From: Sminthopsis crassicaudata
Taxonomy: Eukaryota
NCBI RefSeq assembly: GCF_048593235.1
Contig: NC_133619.1
Coordinates: forward strand, 175,474,454 to 175,538,453
Length of the DNA: 64,000 bases
Direction: 5' to 3'
Made by a program: the position numbers and the translations under genes. The stretch's first letter is position 1. Every line of letters begins with the position of its first letter. This document shows positions 24,481 through 34,670 of the stretch, piece after piece. The notes under the pieces are model-generated. The model made no database searches and was not told the DNA's origin. It saw nothing but the letters and a program-made list of their open reading frames with translations.

Positions 24481-25207
24481 TTTGCTTGATTGGTGTGAGC
24501 AGGTGTGATCTTACAGAATGAATCTGATTAGTAAGGAGCCTCTCCTTTATTCTCTAACTCTCTAGTATGCTTATGCAATCTATTGTACAGGAATTAACAA
24601 AAGTATTTAATAAAGCTTGATCAATTTAAGCTTTAATAACTTGCAACAACACTAATTTCTAGGATATCTCATATGATGCTGTATTTATGTCTCATCTTCT
24701 AACCAGAACGTGAACTCCCTAAAGGCAAAAGATATACTTTAAACTCTTAATTTCCTCTATCATATGGCACAGTGTTCTACACACAATATTCATATATAAT
24801 GGTTGTTGAATGAATAGCTGGCTGGTATTGCAAGAATATTATACTAATTTAGTCAAAGTTCATCAAGAGACTAGAGGAGATAGTGGAAAGTGGAGGTGGG
24901 GTACATTCAGTTACAAGGAAATTCCCATGCTTATAGTTTGATTTGTTCAGAAAGACATAAGGTTGTGAGCAAGAGGTTATCATGATAGATGGATAATCAA
25001 AGTTTGAAACAGTGAAGTTGTCCTCTAGTGATCACAACTGACCTAAAAGAAGCTTAGAAATATCAAAAGGAACTTTTTTTCCCCACTACACTGGAAATAT
25101 TTTGTTTAAAAGGCCAAAAGAGCTATAGGATTACTTTCACAAAATGGGTCAAGAAAATTCACGTGATACTAAACGATTTGGTTCTAATGTTAGCAATGGA
25201 TGGTAGG

Positions 25208-27470
25208 AGGATGCTGACACCTTTTTGCCTTAAGAGGATCCAACAGACACTTTTCTGAGGTGCTTGATGGAATTGTTAAACGAGGAAGAATAAGTGTTTT
25301 TTAAATTTATCCTCATTACTGATTTGATATGTGACCTTGAGCAAGTAATTTAATTTATTTGTGTCTCAGCTTCTTTATCTATGATATAAGGGGGCTAGAA
25401 TCCCAGAATTCATCCATAATATTCCAACAACTATAGTCTGGGATCTATGGATGTGATTTATTGAAATTACTCCAACCTCAAAGAGAGGAGAAACATTGAC
25501 CAAATTAAATGATTCAGCATAAATGACCTTATATACTTCTCTGGATCTCTTTAAATTTAGAGGAACTTTTGAGTAGCATTGGACAAAAGGATTGTGCAGT
25601 TTCACATCCGGGCATAGAGTCAACAGGAGCTATGAAAAGGGTGTTAAAGGCACTGAGTTTTGTCACAAATCATAGGACAGAGGCCTTCAGTCTCCAGGAG
25701 GTTTTCCTCCAGAGAGAAAGGTCAGACTTCATTTGGCAAAGAAATAAGCAAGGCTGGTGCTCTGTATGCCCAACAAATCATGTCTCTGGCAATCTGCCCC
25801 TCTGGCCATTGGACAAAGCAGCAGCAGAGGGGACCAGAGCCTAGCTTCCTAGGAAGCTTCATCAAGCAAGTGACAGTTGAAATTAGCATCAGAACACCTT
25901 GATGAAAGAAATAAAAAAAAATACAGGGTTGAATCCCCTGTGGAAAATAGATTATTCACTGTCACACTGAACAATAGAACAAGACATAAATAGCAGCCAG
26001 GAGAGGATGGGTTAGCCATGACAGAAGCAGGGGAGCTAAACAGCTGAGTTCTGAGCTCTTGGGAACTAGGAAAGAAGCTAATGGGAAACAGGGTGGAGAA
26101 CAATGTAAACATTAAGGGGAATTTTAAAGATAGATTAATGGAAGGAGAGGAAGAGAAGGATGATGTGGTAAGACTATTTCTTTCTGCTTTAAAATAGTCC
26201 CATATACTCTCAACACTTGAAGCTATCTTATCTTATTATTTTGATCTAAAAGTAACTATAGATGAAAACTTCCCCAAGCTGGGATTCTTGCTCAAGGGCA
26301 AGATAAAATGGTATCCATGAAATTTCATGGTTGGCCCAAAAGAGTTACCCCTATAATTGAGACAAGATCTTTAACAGAAGAACAGATTGGCTTAGCTAAG
26401 AGCTAACAATCGTCTGCCAGTACCTGAACTATAAAGCACATTAGAAAAGAGTAGGAACCATTTCTTTTGATTGGTTTAAGAGCAAAACTGAATTATAAGT
26501 TCTTCTAGGTTCTATATAAAAAAGAAATATATGGGAACTTAAACCAAGAGCTAGATCATAGGCCACAAGACCTTAATTTTTTTAAGGACTAAGAAAACCA
26601 CAAGAAACAGAGTGAAAAACTGTAAAAAAAATTACTGCCATCAACTAGGGGTAATAAATGGAATCCCAAATGTATTAAGTTAACCAATTTTTTAAAAAAT
26701 TACTTCAAAAGTTGTTCTTCACAAAAAATCAATGGTGTTTTAGAAAAAAGAACAGAGTTTGGAAGCAGAAGACCTGGATTCTTGGGCAAGTCACCTTATT
26801 TCTGTGGGACTCAACTTCCTTATCTGTAAAATGGAGATGTCTGACCAGATGGCCTTTAAGATCCTTTCTTGCCCTAAGTGGCTGGTACTATCAACTGATG
26901 AAAAAAAATTTCTTTTTGCAACACAATAAAATGTATAGAGAGCAAGCCCTGAATCCTGGAAGACATGAACAAGTCAATTAAATTCTCAGTGATCTAAGAA
27001 ATTCTCAAAGATAATAACTTACAAAGAAGGTAATGATCTATACTGAATGAATTTCTACCCAAGAGTATTCACTATTCTGATGACATCATAGATACAGTCC
27101 ATATCCCTATTCCTGTTCCTTCTTTTAAATGCTGGCCATTCTTTAGGTCAAGAATACTTTCTCAGGCAGTTCAAATGGCTCTTGGTAAATGTATTTGTCT
27201 TTTGCCTCTTGTCTTGGAAGCAGTGGTACCCAGGGTAAGACTTATTTTAGGCTATCAGAAGATATTAAAAGCAAAAACAAAAAACAAACAAAAAAATTTC
27301 ATTCCTCTGAGAAACAAACGGCGTTTTCAGAACAGGAAGTCTGCTTTTAACAAATCCTTTTTATGGAAGACTAAATAATACTTTTTCATTATTGTTGTTC
27401 TTATCTTATACCTTTATACCTCAGTAAAGTGTCTGTTGGATCCTCTTAAGGCAAAAGGTATCAGCATCCT
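25208..27470. repeat. Short inverted duplication: 25208-25261 versus 27418-27470
   Basis: aggatgctgacacctttttgccttaagaggatccaacagacacttttctgaggt is the reverse complement of acctcagtaaagtgtctgttggatcctcttaaggcaaaaggtatcagcatcct, with 2 substitutions and 1 indel. Confidence 0.93.
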
Positions 27471-27866
27471 ATGTCTTATTTATGTCCAACATGAACTCAG
27501 AGACCTTATACATAGGGTATTCTTGAAAAAAGCAGTGGAATGATTTGCCATTTTCTTTTCCAGTATGTTCCCATTTTACAGATGAGGAACTGAGGCACTA
27601 GTGAGGATCACACAGCTAACACGTGTGTAAGTTCACAATTGAACCAGATCTTCCTGACTTCAGGAAGTGCTTTATTCACTGCATGACCTAGTTGCCTCAT
27701 TGATATTTTAAAAAAATATATTGACTTTTTCCTTTATGTCTACTTTGAGCTATAGAGAGCCGAGTTATAAAAGAGAACCTTGAATAAGGGAGAACAAGGA
27801 CAAAGTGGGTAGGTTCACAAAAACCTCAAATGAGAATGATTTAAGACATGCGATGTTTCACTTTAC

Positions 27867-28142
27867 CTTGGTGAAAGTTAAACAGTCCTTGTCCTGATCT
27901 TTATCCTTTATCTCAAAGTCATAAAGTGCTTTGCCCTGGGGTGGGGCTTGTGGTAAGGGCTTGATGCACTGAATATAGCTGGCAGGGAAGAAGCCATGGT
28001 TTCCATTCAGCTCCCCATGGTACCAGTTCTCATCCACCTTTCGACGCAGGATGATGATGTCTCCCTTGTTAAACTTGAGATCACCAGGTTCTTTCCCCTC
28101 ATAGCTATAGAGGGCTTTGCCACAAGGAAGTTGGGAAATATT
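27867..28142 (-). CDS. SH3RF3: SH3RF3 (POSH2) coding exon, probably exon 2: SH3 domain 1 and N-terminal half of SH3 domain 2
   Basis: Hand translation of the minus strand is a stop-free 92 codons: [92 protein letters not shown]. Acceptor is ctttgctttcttttggttttag with a cctaat branch point; donor is AAG|gtaaag. Motifs [35 protein letters not shown] and [13 protein letters not shown] match SH3RF3 rather than SH3RF1 (ALYNY/PTNFVQ/DKEADKDCLPFAK) as recalled. Confidence 0.96.
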
Positions 28143-28519
28143 CTAAAACCAAAAGAAAGCAAAGAGTGAATTATTAGGACCCCTCCTGGTGACTTGTTAT
28201 CATGGTACAGAATGTGAGAGGTTGGCTGTGGTAAGACAATAACTCTGAAAGTGTTAAATGCTTAAATGAAGAAGCAGCATGGTGTGTCCAATGCAGCAAA
28301 GGATTTGGAATCCAAGGACTATGCTTTTTCCTCTGCTGCTTATTATCTTTATAACCTTGTGTCCTTGGGCCTCAGTTTCCTCATCTTTAAAAGGAAAGGA
28401 CTAGACTACATGATCAGAGGAAATAGTTTTAGAAGTAAAAGGGAATAGGAAAGAAGCAGCGATTATTGGGGATCTTATCAGCTCTTATGGGTTTAATGAT
28501 CATCTCTTTGTTATTAATT

Positions 28520-29430
28520 TTCAAATCTACTTATCCTGACCCAAACTGCTGACCTCCAAACTCAAATCTCTAACTGCCTTTCAGACATCTCTAATGGGAT
28601 GTCCAGTAGACATACTAGACTCAACCAATCCAAAACAAACCTTATTATCTTTCACCTAAACCCTCCTCACTCCTGCCTTCTCTATTATTATAGAGGACAC
28701 TATCATCTTCCTAGTTCCTTAGGTTCACAAACTGAGTCATTTTTCAATTCCTATCTTCCCTCCCCTTATCCAATCTGTTGCCAAGGAATGCACATTTCAT
28801 CACTCAAAAATATCCCTCTTCTTTCCACTAACCTTGCTGCTTCTCTGGTGAAGGACTTCATCACCCCACCAGATTACTGCAGTAACCAGCTAGTGAGTCT
28901 GTCTCCAAATCTCTTCTCATTCCAATCCATTTTCCATTACCACAAAAGTGAGTTTTCTAAAGTTCAGGATGCCCATCCACCTACTTAATAAATTCCAGTG
29001 GATCTCCATTACCAAAAGGGTCAAATTAAAAATTATCTGCTGGCATTTAAAATCCTTCATGACTTAGAACTATTGTACCTTTCCAGGCTTCTTACAAACT
29101 TCCTATCAAGTATTCTTCCATCCAGCGATACTGGCCTCTTGGCTGTTCCACAAATAATACACTCCATCTTTCTTCTCTGAGAACTTTCTCTAACTGTCTC
29201 CCATGTCTGGAAGACTCTCATTAATCATCTCCATCCACTGGCTTTTAAGTGACAACTAAGCCTTTCTTCTGATAATTATTTCCTATTTATCCTTCATAAA
29301 GTTTGTCTGTTTTGTCCCCTACTAGACTGTAAGGTCCTTGAGAGCAGGGGTTATCATTTGCCTCTTTTTATATCCCCAAAGTTTAACACAGGGTTAGGCA
29401 TAAAGGAGATGTTTAATAAATATTGATTGA
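28520..29430 (+). mobile_element. L2 LINE 3' region
   Basis: aactgcctttcagacatctctaatgggatgtccagtagacat…ctcaaccaatccaaaacaaaccttattatctt…actagactgtaaggtccttgagagcaggg…tttaataaatattgattgattga. Confidence 0.8.
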
Positions 29431-29744
29431 TTGATCTACTATGTGTCAGTTACTTTGTTATCACCTCATCTGAGGCTCACGATAATCCAGTGTCATTATT
29501 TTCCCTACTGGAAGAAAAAATTGTAGTGTATGGCAATAGAGATCACAGATTTAGTATGTGTCTGAGGCTTGTTTTGAACTCAAGTCTTCATGATTTCAGA
29601 CCTATTACTTTATCCACTGTGTCATCTAGCTGCCTCCCTAGAAGAGAGTTCAAAAATCACTTAATACTAATCTTATATCCCTTAGTAAAACATTTGGAAC
29701 ATTCAACCCCAATTTGTGAAACTTTACTCATTTACAAATGTGTG

Positions 29745-29758
<14 letters not shown>

Positions 29759-29806
<48 letters not shown>
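29759..29806 (+). repeat. (TG)n microsatellite preceded by (TA)n
   Basis: Direct reading. Confidence 0.95.
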
Positions 29807-29807
<1 letters not shown>

Positions 29808-31151
29808 ATATATACAATACTATCCTAATAATTATGTACATTATAAAACAACCAAAAATTTTTTTAAGAGATGAGACAGTGATGAAATAATTTAATTCTA
29901 GAGTCAATAGTGAGCCTCTAGAGTTTATTGAGTAGAGAAAGGAGCTGCGCTTTAGGAAAACCATTTTGACCAATGGGTGGATGATGGATTATACTAGGAA
30001 GAGACTTGAGGCTAGTAGACCAATTAAAGATTATTGCAATATTTCAAGTGACAGGTAATGAAGGCTTGTGCCAGACTGGCAACAATATGAGGAGAGAAAA
30101 CAGGGCAGATGTGAAGATAAAAATGGGTAGCTTTGGCAGCTGATGACCTAGTTATGAGCACATGTGTATGTACACTGAGGAAAAGTGATTAGTCCATGAT
30201 GATAATGATGATATGGAAACAGGCAAGGTTAGTGGCAGCCTCAGTAGTTATAGGGGACCTTGGAAAGGGTACTTTTGAAAGAAAAGATGATTATTTTGTC
30301 TGTGATTCTCAAATGCCATCCTTCTTTGACTACCTATCTTATGTGATTTATTGACAAATAAGGGAGGTCAGGGCTCCTACCAAAGACCTGGGGAAATTTA
30401 GGGGAGAGGAGGAGGGTCTTTTTCCCCCAGTCCTACTAACTGTTGTGATGGGTAATGGGTAGTTCAGTTTATAACAACCCCTACAGTCTAACACAAGAAA
30501 TATATAAGACAAAGTAAGGAGCTTGTCCTGAAGTGGGAAGTAGAGAGAGCCAGGGAGGGTGGGATGAGCCCTAAATTTCTATCCTCTAATTGGTCTATCA
30601 CCTGTGTCTTTGGATCAGACCACCTGCTCCTCTGGAATAATACCACTGTTGGAGACCACTGATCTAATCAATTTTCTTGGCTTCAGTTTCTCATCTATTT
30701 GTAGCCCAAGTACAATGTGACCTTCACTCTTGCCTCTGGCTTCCTAATTGCTGGATTTATCTACCTCCTGGTATTTCAAACCAGAGCTTTCTGGAGGTCA
30801 GTGATGCATCTTTACCTCATAAGTTAAAAATAATGAAATCCACTTAACATGGCCAACATTTCTTAATCTTCCTAAAGTCTTCAAACAGTTAACTGATTTA
30901 TCAAAAAGATCACATACAACAAAATGAAACCAAAATGCCCTGCAGCCAAAATCATTTCTTTACCTTCAAAAAGGACCTCTTGTACATTTATGTGAGGAGC
31001 AATTCTCTATCTGGATCACCTATACTATCTGTGTCTGAACATTTCCCCTGAAAATCTGCTTCTTTACATGTGAATTATTTTTTCTGCTCTTTGCAGCAAT
31101 CAAATTATTTACACATGAAAGGGGAATACCTTATGTGAAAGGAGAGAATTG

Positions 31152-31783
31152 NNNNNNNNNNNNNNNNNNNNNNNNNNNNNNNNNNNNNNNNNNNNNNNNN
31201 NNNNNNNNNNNNNNNNNNNNNNNNNNNNNNNNNNNNNNNNNNNNNNNNNNNNNNNNNNNNNNNNNNNNNNNNNNNNNNNNNNNNNNNNNNNNNNNNNNNN
31301 NNNNNNNNNNNNNNNNNNNNNNNNNNNNNNNNNNNNNNNNNNNNNNNNNNNNNNNNNNNNNNNNNNNNNNNNNNNNNNNNNNNNNNNNNNNNNNNNNNNN
31401 NNNNNNNNNNNNNNNNNNNNNNNNNNNNNNNNNNNNNNNNNNNNNNNNNNNNNNNNNNNNNNNNNNNNNNNNNNNNNNNNNNNNNNNNNNNNNNNNNNNN
31501 NNNNNNNNNNNNNNNNNNNNNNNNNNNNNNNNNNNNNNNNNNNNNNNNNNNNNNNNNNNNNNNNNNNNNNNNNNNNNNNNNNNNNNNNNNNNNNNNNNNN
31601 NNNNNNNNNNNNNNNNNNNNNNNNNNNNNNNNNNNNNNNNNNNNNNNNNNNNNNNNNNNNNNNNNNNNNNNNNNNNNNNNNNNNNNNNNNNNNNNNNNNN
31701 NNNNNNNNNNNNNNNNNNNNNNNNNNNNNNNNNNNNNNNNNNNNNNNNNNNNNNNNNNNNNNNNNNNNNNNNNNNNNNNNNNN
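31152..31783. other. Assembly gap (632 N)
   Basis: Run of N. Confidence 1.
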
Positions 31784-32419
31784 GACTTGTCCAGCGTCAT
31801 ACAGATAGTAAGTGTCTCCTTCTGGATTTGAACTAAAGTCCTCCTAACTCTAGGGCTAGTGTTCTATCCACTATGCCACCTACAACTTATCTTTAAAATC
31901 CCCTCCAATTCTAAATCTTAGATCTTGTTTCTTGCTCAGATCATCTATTCTTTCTCTCACCCCCTATTACTTTAAAGATGAAATCTCAGCATCTTGTCCC
32001 AGATCTGAAATCAGATTCCCTGATTTCACCTCCAGTAGCCCTCTCATACTATCATGCTAACTTCTCCAAGAATTCTTATAGTTATAGTTCTATTAATCTA
32101 TGAATACCAAAGTAAAAATTCTTGCAAAAATTCTTAATAGCTCTCCTTGGAAAGAGTGATTTTATGTTACATAATTGGAACATAGGGCTCTTTCTGAATT
32201 TTCTTCCATTATATTATATACCTTGTTGACTTTGATACTGAAGATGAACTAAACAAGGAGCTAATCCCTAAATGAAAAAAAAATCCTCTGTTGTTCATCT
32301 GTCAAGATACTACTGGCCACCAGTTAAATAATGTTCTTCAGTATTTGAATCATCAAGGTGAGGGATTTGTATTGATTTCTCTACTTACATCTCCTTTCTT
32401 TCTTGACTTTATGCTTTTT

Positions 32420-32571
32420 GGGATTTTTGGGGGGTTTGTTTTTTGACAAGACAATTGGGATTAAGTGACTTGCTCAGGGTTACACAGCTAGGAAATGTTA
32501 AATGTCTAAGGTCAGATTTGAACTCTGACTCCAGGATCAGTGCTCTATCCATTGTACCATCTAGTTGTCCC
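32420..32571 (-). mobile_element. WSINE1-like short CORE SINE
   Basis: gacaattgggattaagtgacttgctcagggttacacagctaggaaatgttaaatgtctaaggtcagatttgaactc…ccatctagttgtccc. Confidence 0.8.
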
Positions 32572-32754
32572 CTATTATATGCATTTGTAAAATAACTCAT
32601 TAGGATTAAAAAGTAGTCATGGAACCAAATGAAATTAAATGTCCCACACAAGACCTTCCTTCTTATTAGTTTCTAGCCAACTTCTCACCAGCTTCTGACC
32701 AAAAATTAAAGAAGCCATACCTTTTCATGATAATTAAGCACTTTGTGCACCTGG

Positions 32755-32980
32755 CTCAGGACAGTCGTTCAATCATTTCTGACTTTGTGACTCCATTTGG
32801 GAATTTCTTGGCAAAGATACGGAGTGACTTGTCATTTCTTTCTCCAGCACAATTTATAGATGAGTAAACTGAGGCAAAAAGGGCTAAGCGATTTGCTCAG
32901 GATGACACAGTTGGTAAGAATATGAAGCCATATTTGAACTCAAATATGCAAGTCCAGCATTCTATCCACTGCACTATTAA
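32755..32980 (-). mobile_element. Mar1 SINE
   Basis: gtcgttcaatcatttctgactttgtgactccatttggg…ttcttggcaaagatacggagtg…aaactgaggcaaaaaggg. Confidence 0.8.
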
Positions 32981-34289
32981 TACCCTCAGTTAAAAACTTA
33001 TGAAACAGAGAGGTCTCTTTAAGGATCATATTTAGAGCATAGGGTAGAGCTTAGAGGCAATCAGTTTAACCTTTTCATTCTATAGTGGAGGAAATAAAAT
33101 TCAGGATTACAAAGCTAAGAATAAAAGAAGTGAAATATTAATGTAGGTCCTCTAACTCTAAATACAATGCTTTTCCTACTGTACTGCCTATTCTCTTATG
33201 ATTCTCTGACTTGGTGAAGTGTAAACTTTCTTCTTCTTCTTCCCAAATCCCATATTCATTTCATAATCAGAGTTGCTCAAAGGATAATCTTTGATTTTTT
33301 TTTCCAGAAGTACATTGCCATGCTATTTTCTCTTTCTATGCCTAAAATTAACACCCACTCACCTAAACACTTTCCAAAGGTCAAGTCTATTTCTCCAGGG
33401 AAAACTAAACAAAAGCAGACCAACTTGCTGCCACAGGGTCAATGCCCAACAATTTGTCCCAGCTGAAGCCACATTTTCTCACTAGGTCTGCTTTTGCCAA
33501 AGATTTCTTTAGTATCTGAATCAATCAATACTGACACAAAAGCCTGAAGCACTTATACACTGAAAAACTCTTTGTAGAGGGCTTAATGATATGTTGGCAA
33601 TTCAATTACTCGACATTTATGTTGCAGTGAAGTCAAACGACAGCAGTTAAGATGGAACCTGCTGGCAAATTGACAAACAGCCACCGCTAAGCAATTAAAT
33701 AGTAACACCGGAGGATTTTTCATTATAAGATGCAAAGGGAAAAAATACAATAAGAAACAGTTTGTTTCCAATAATCCTCACCCTGGAAAGCTTTGTACTG
33801 TAAGTACTGCACATTTAAAAAAAATAAGCCAATATTCTTGAGAGTAAGGGATATTTTATCTATTCAAATAACTAAGATATGTCTGAAAAGAATATGAAGT
33901 TATTTGTTTCAGAGCATTCAAGAGATTCCACTGTCACCAATAAGATCCATTCAACCTCTCATTAAAAAGCTGGAGCTGTGCAAAAGGAAAGAAAAGGAAA
34001 AGGGGAAAAATCTATATAGCTAGCAGAAGCCAGGTATCTTACTTTTATAAAAACACATTTAAGAAGAGAAAGTTAACATCATATATCATATAGTTTGACT
34101 ACACATCACAATCAATGATTAAGATACTTTTCTATTTTGGATTCATTTTGTGTATGTTATTTATATACTTATGTGTCTGCATTGTCTCATCCTACCCCTT
34201 CCTGTTAGATTGTAAACTCCTTGAGGGCAGACTTCCAATTTTTTTTTCTATGTCTATAGGGCTCAGTATGGTATCAAGTACACAGTTGT

Positions 34290-34670
34290 TCCTCTTTCAC
34301 TTTTGAAATGGACCAACACCATCATTTAAATCAACTTGATTTAAATGAGATAGGGGAGGACGGAGCTCTCATAGGGTCATCAGACAAAACCTTACCTGTT
34401 TCAGCCACCTTCATGGCCTTTGGAACACATTTTTTTCATCTGCTCATTCTATCATTGGAAGAATTTACATGCTTCAGGGTGAGCATCCACCTAACTCATG
34501 GATGGTTTTGAAGCCTTAGGGTTACCCTCAAACTAGTTTAAAATGTCTTGCTAAGATAGTGTTAATGGAGTAAGCTATAGCTTCTTGGAGCTACAGGTGA
34601 GAGTTGGGTGAAAGGTGGACACTAAAAGTGCATGGATACCCTGAAAAGGGCTGGACAGCTCTCACATCAG
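34290..34670 (+). mobile_element. Marsupial RTE-associated SINE (WALLSI/MdoRep1-like)
   Basis: ttcacttttgaaatggacc…gcttcttggagctacaggtgagagttgggtgaaaggtggacactaaaag. The 5' part recurs at ~36880-36980, 53760-53890, 56120-56310 and 58130-58330. Confidence 0.55.

Larger units (their letters stand above)
3977..27866 (-). other. SH3RF3: SH3RF3 intron between the two visible exons (~23.9 kb, GT-AG)
   Basis: Bounded by the donor at 27866-27865 and the acceptor at 3978-3977. No further SH3RF-like coding sequence was recognised inside it. Confidence 0.88.

Noticed and set aside
30301-30669. Possible second LTR (starts TGTG, ends ATCA, GC-richer)
   Set aside because: No convincing TSD, TATA or poly(A) arrangement; left unassigned.
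31105-31836. Longest ORFs in the track (219-233 aa), and those at 62068-62337
   Set aside because: Artefacts of translating through N gaps.
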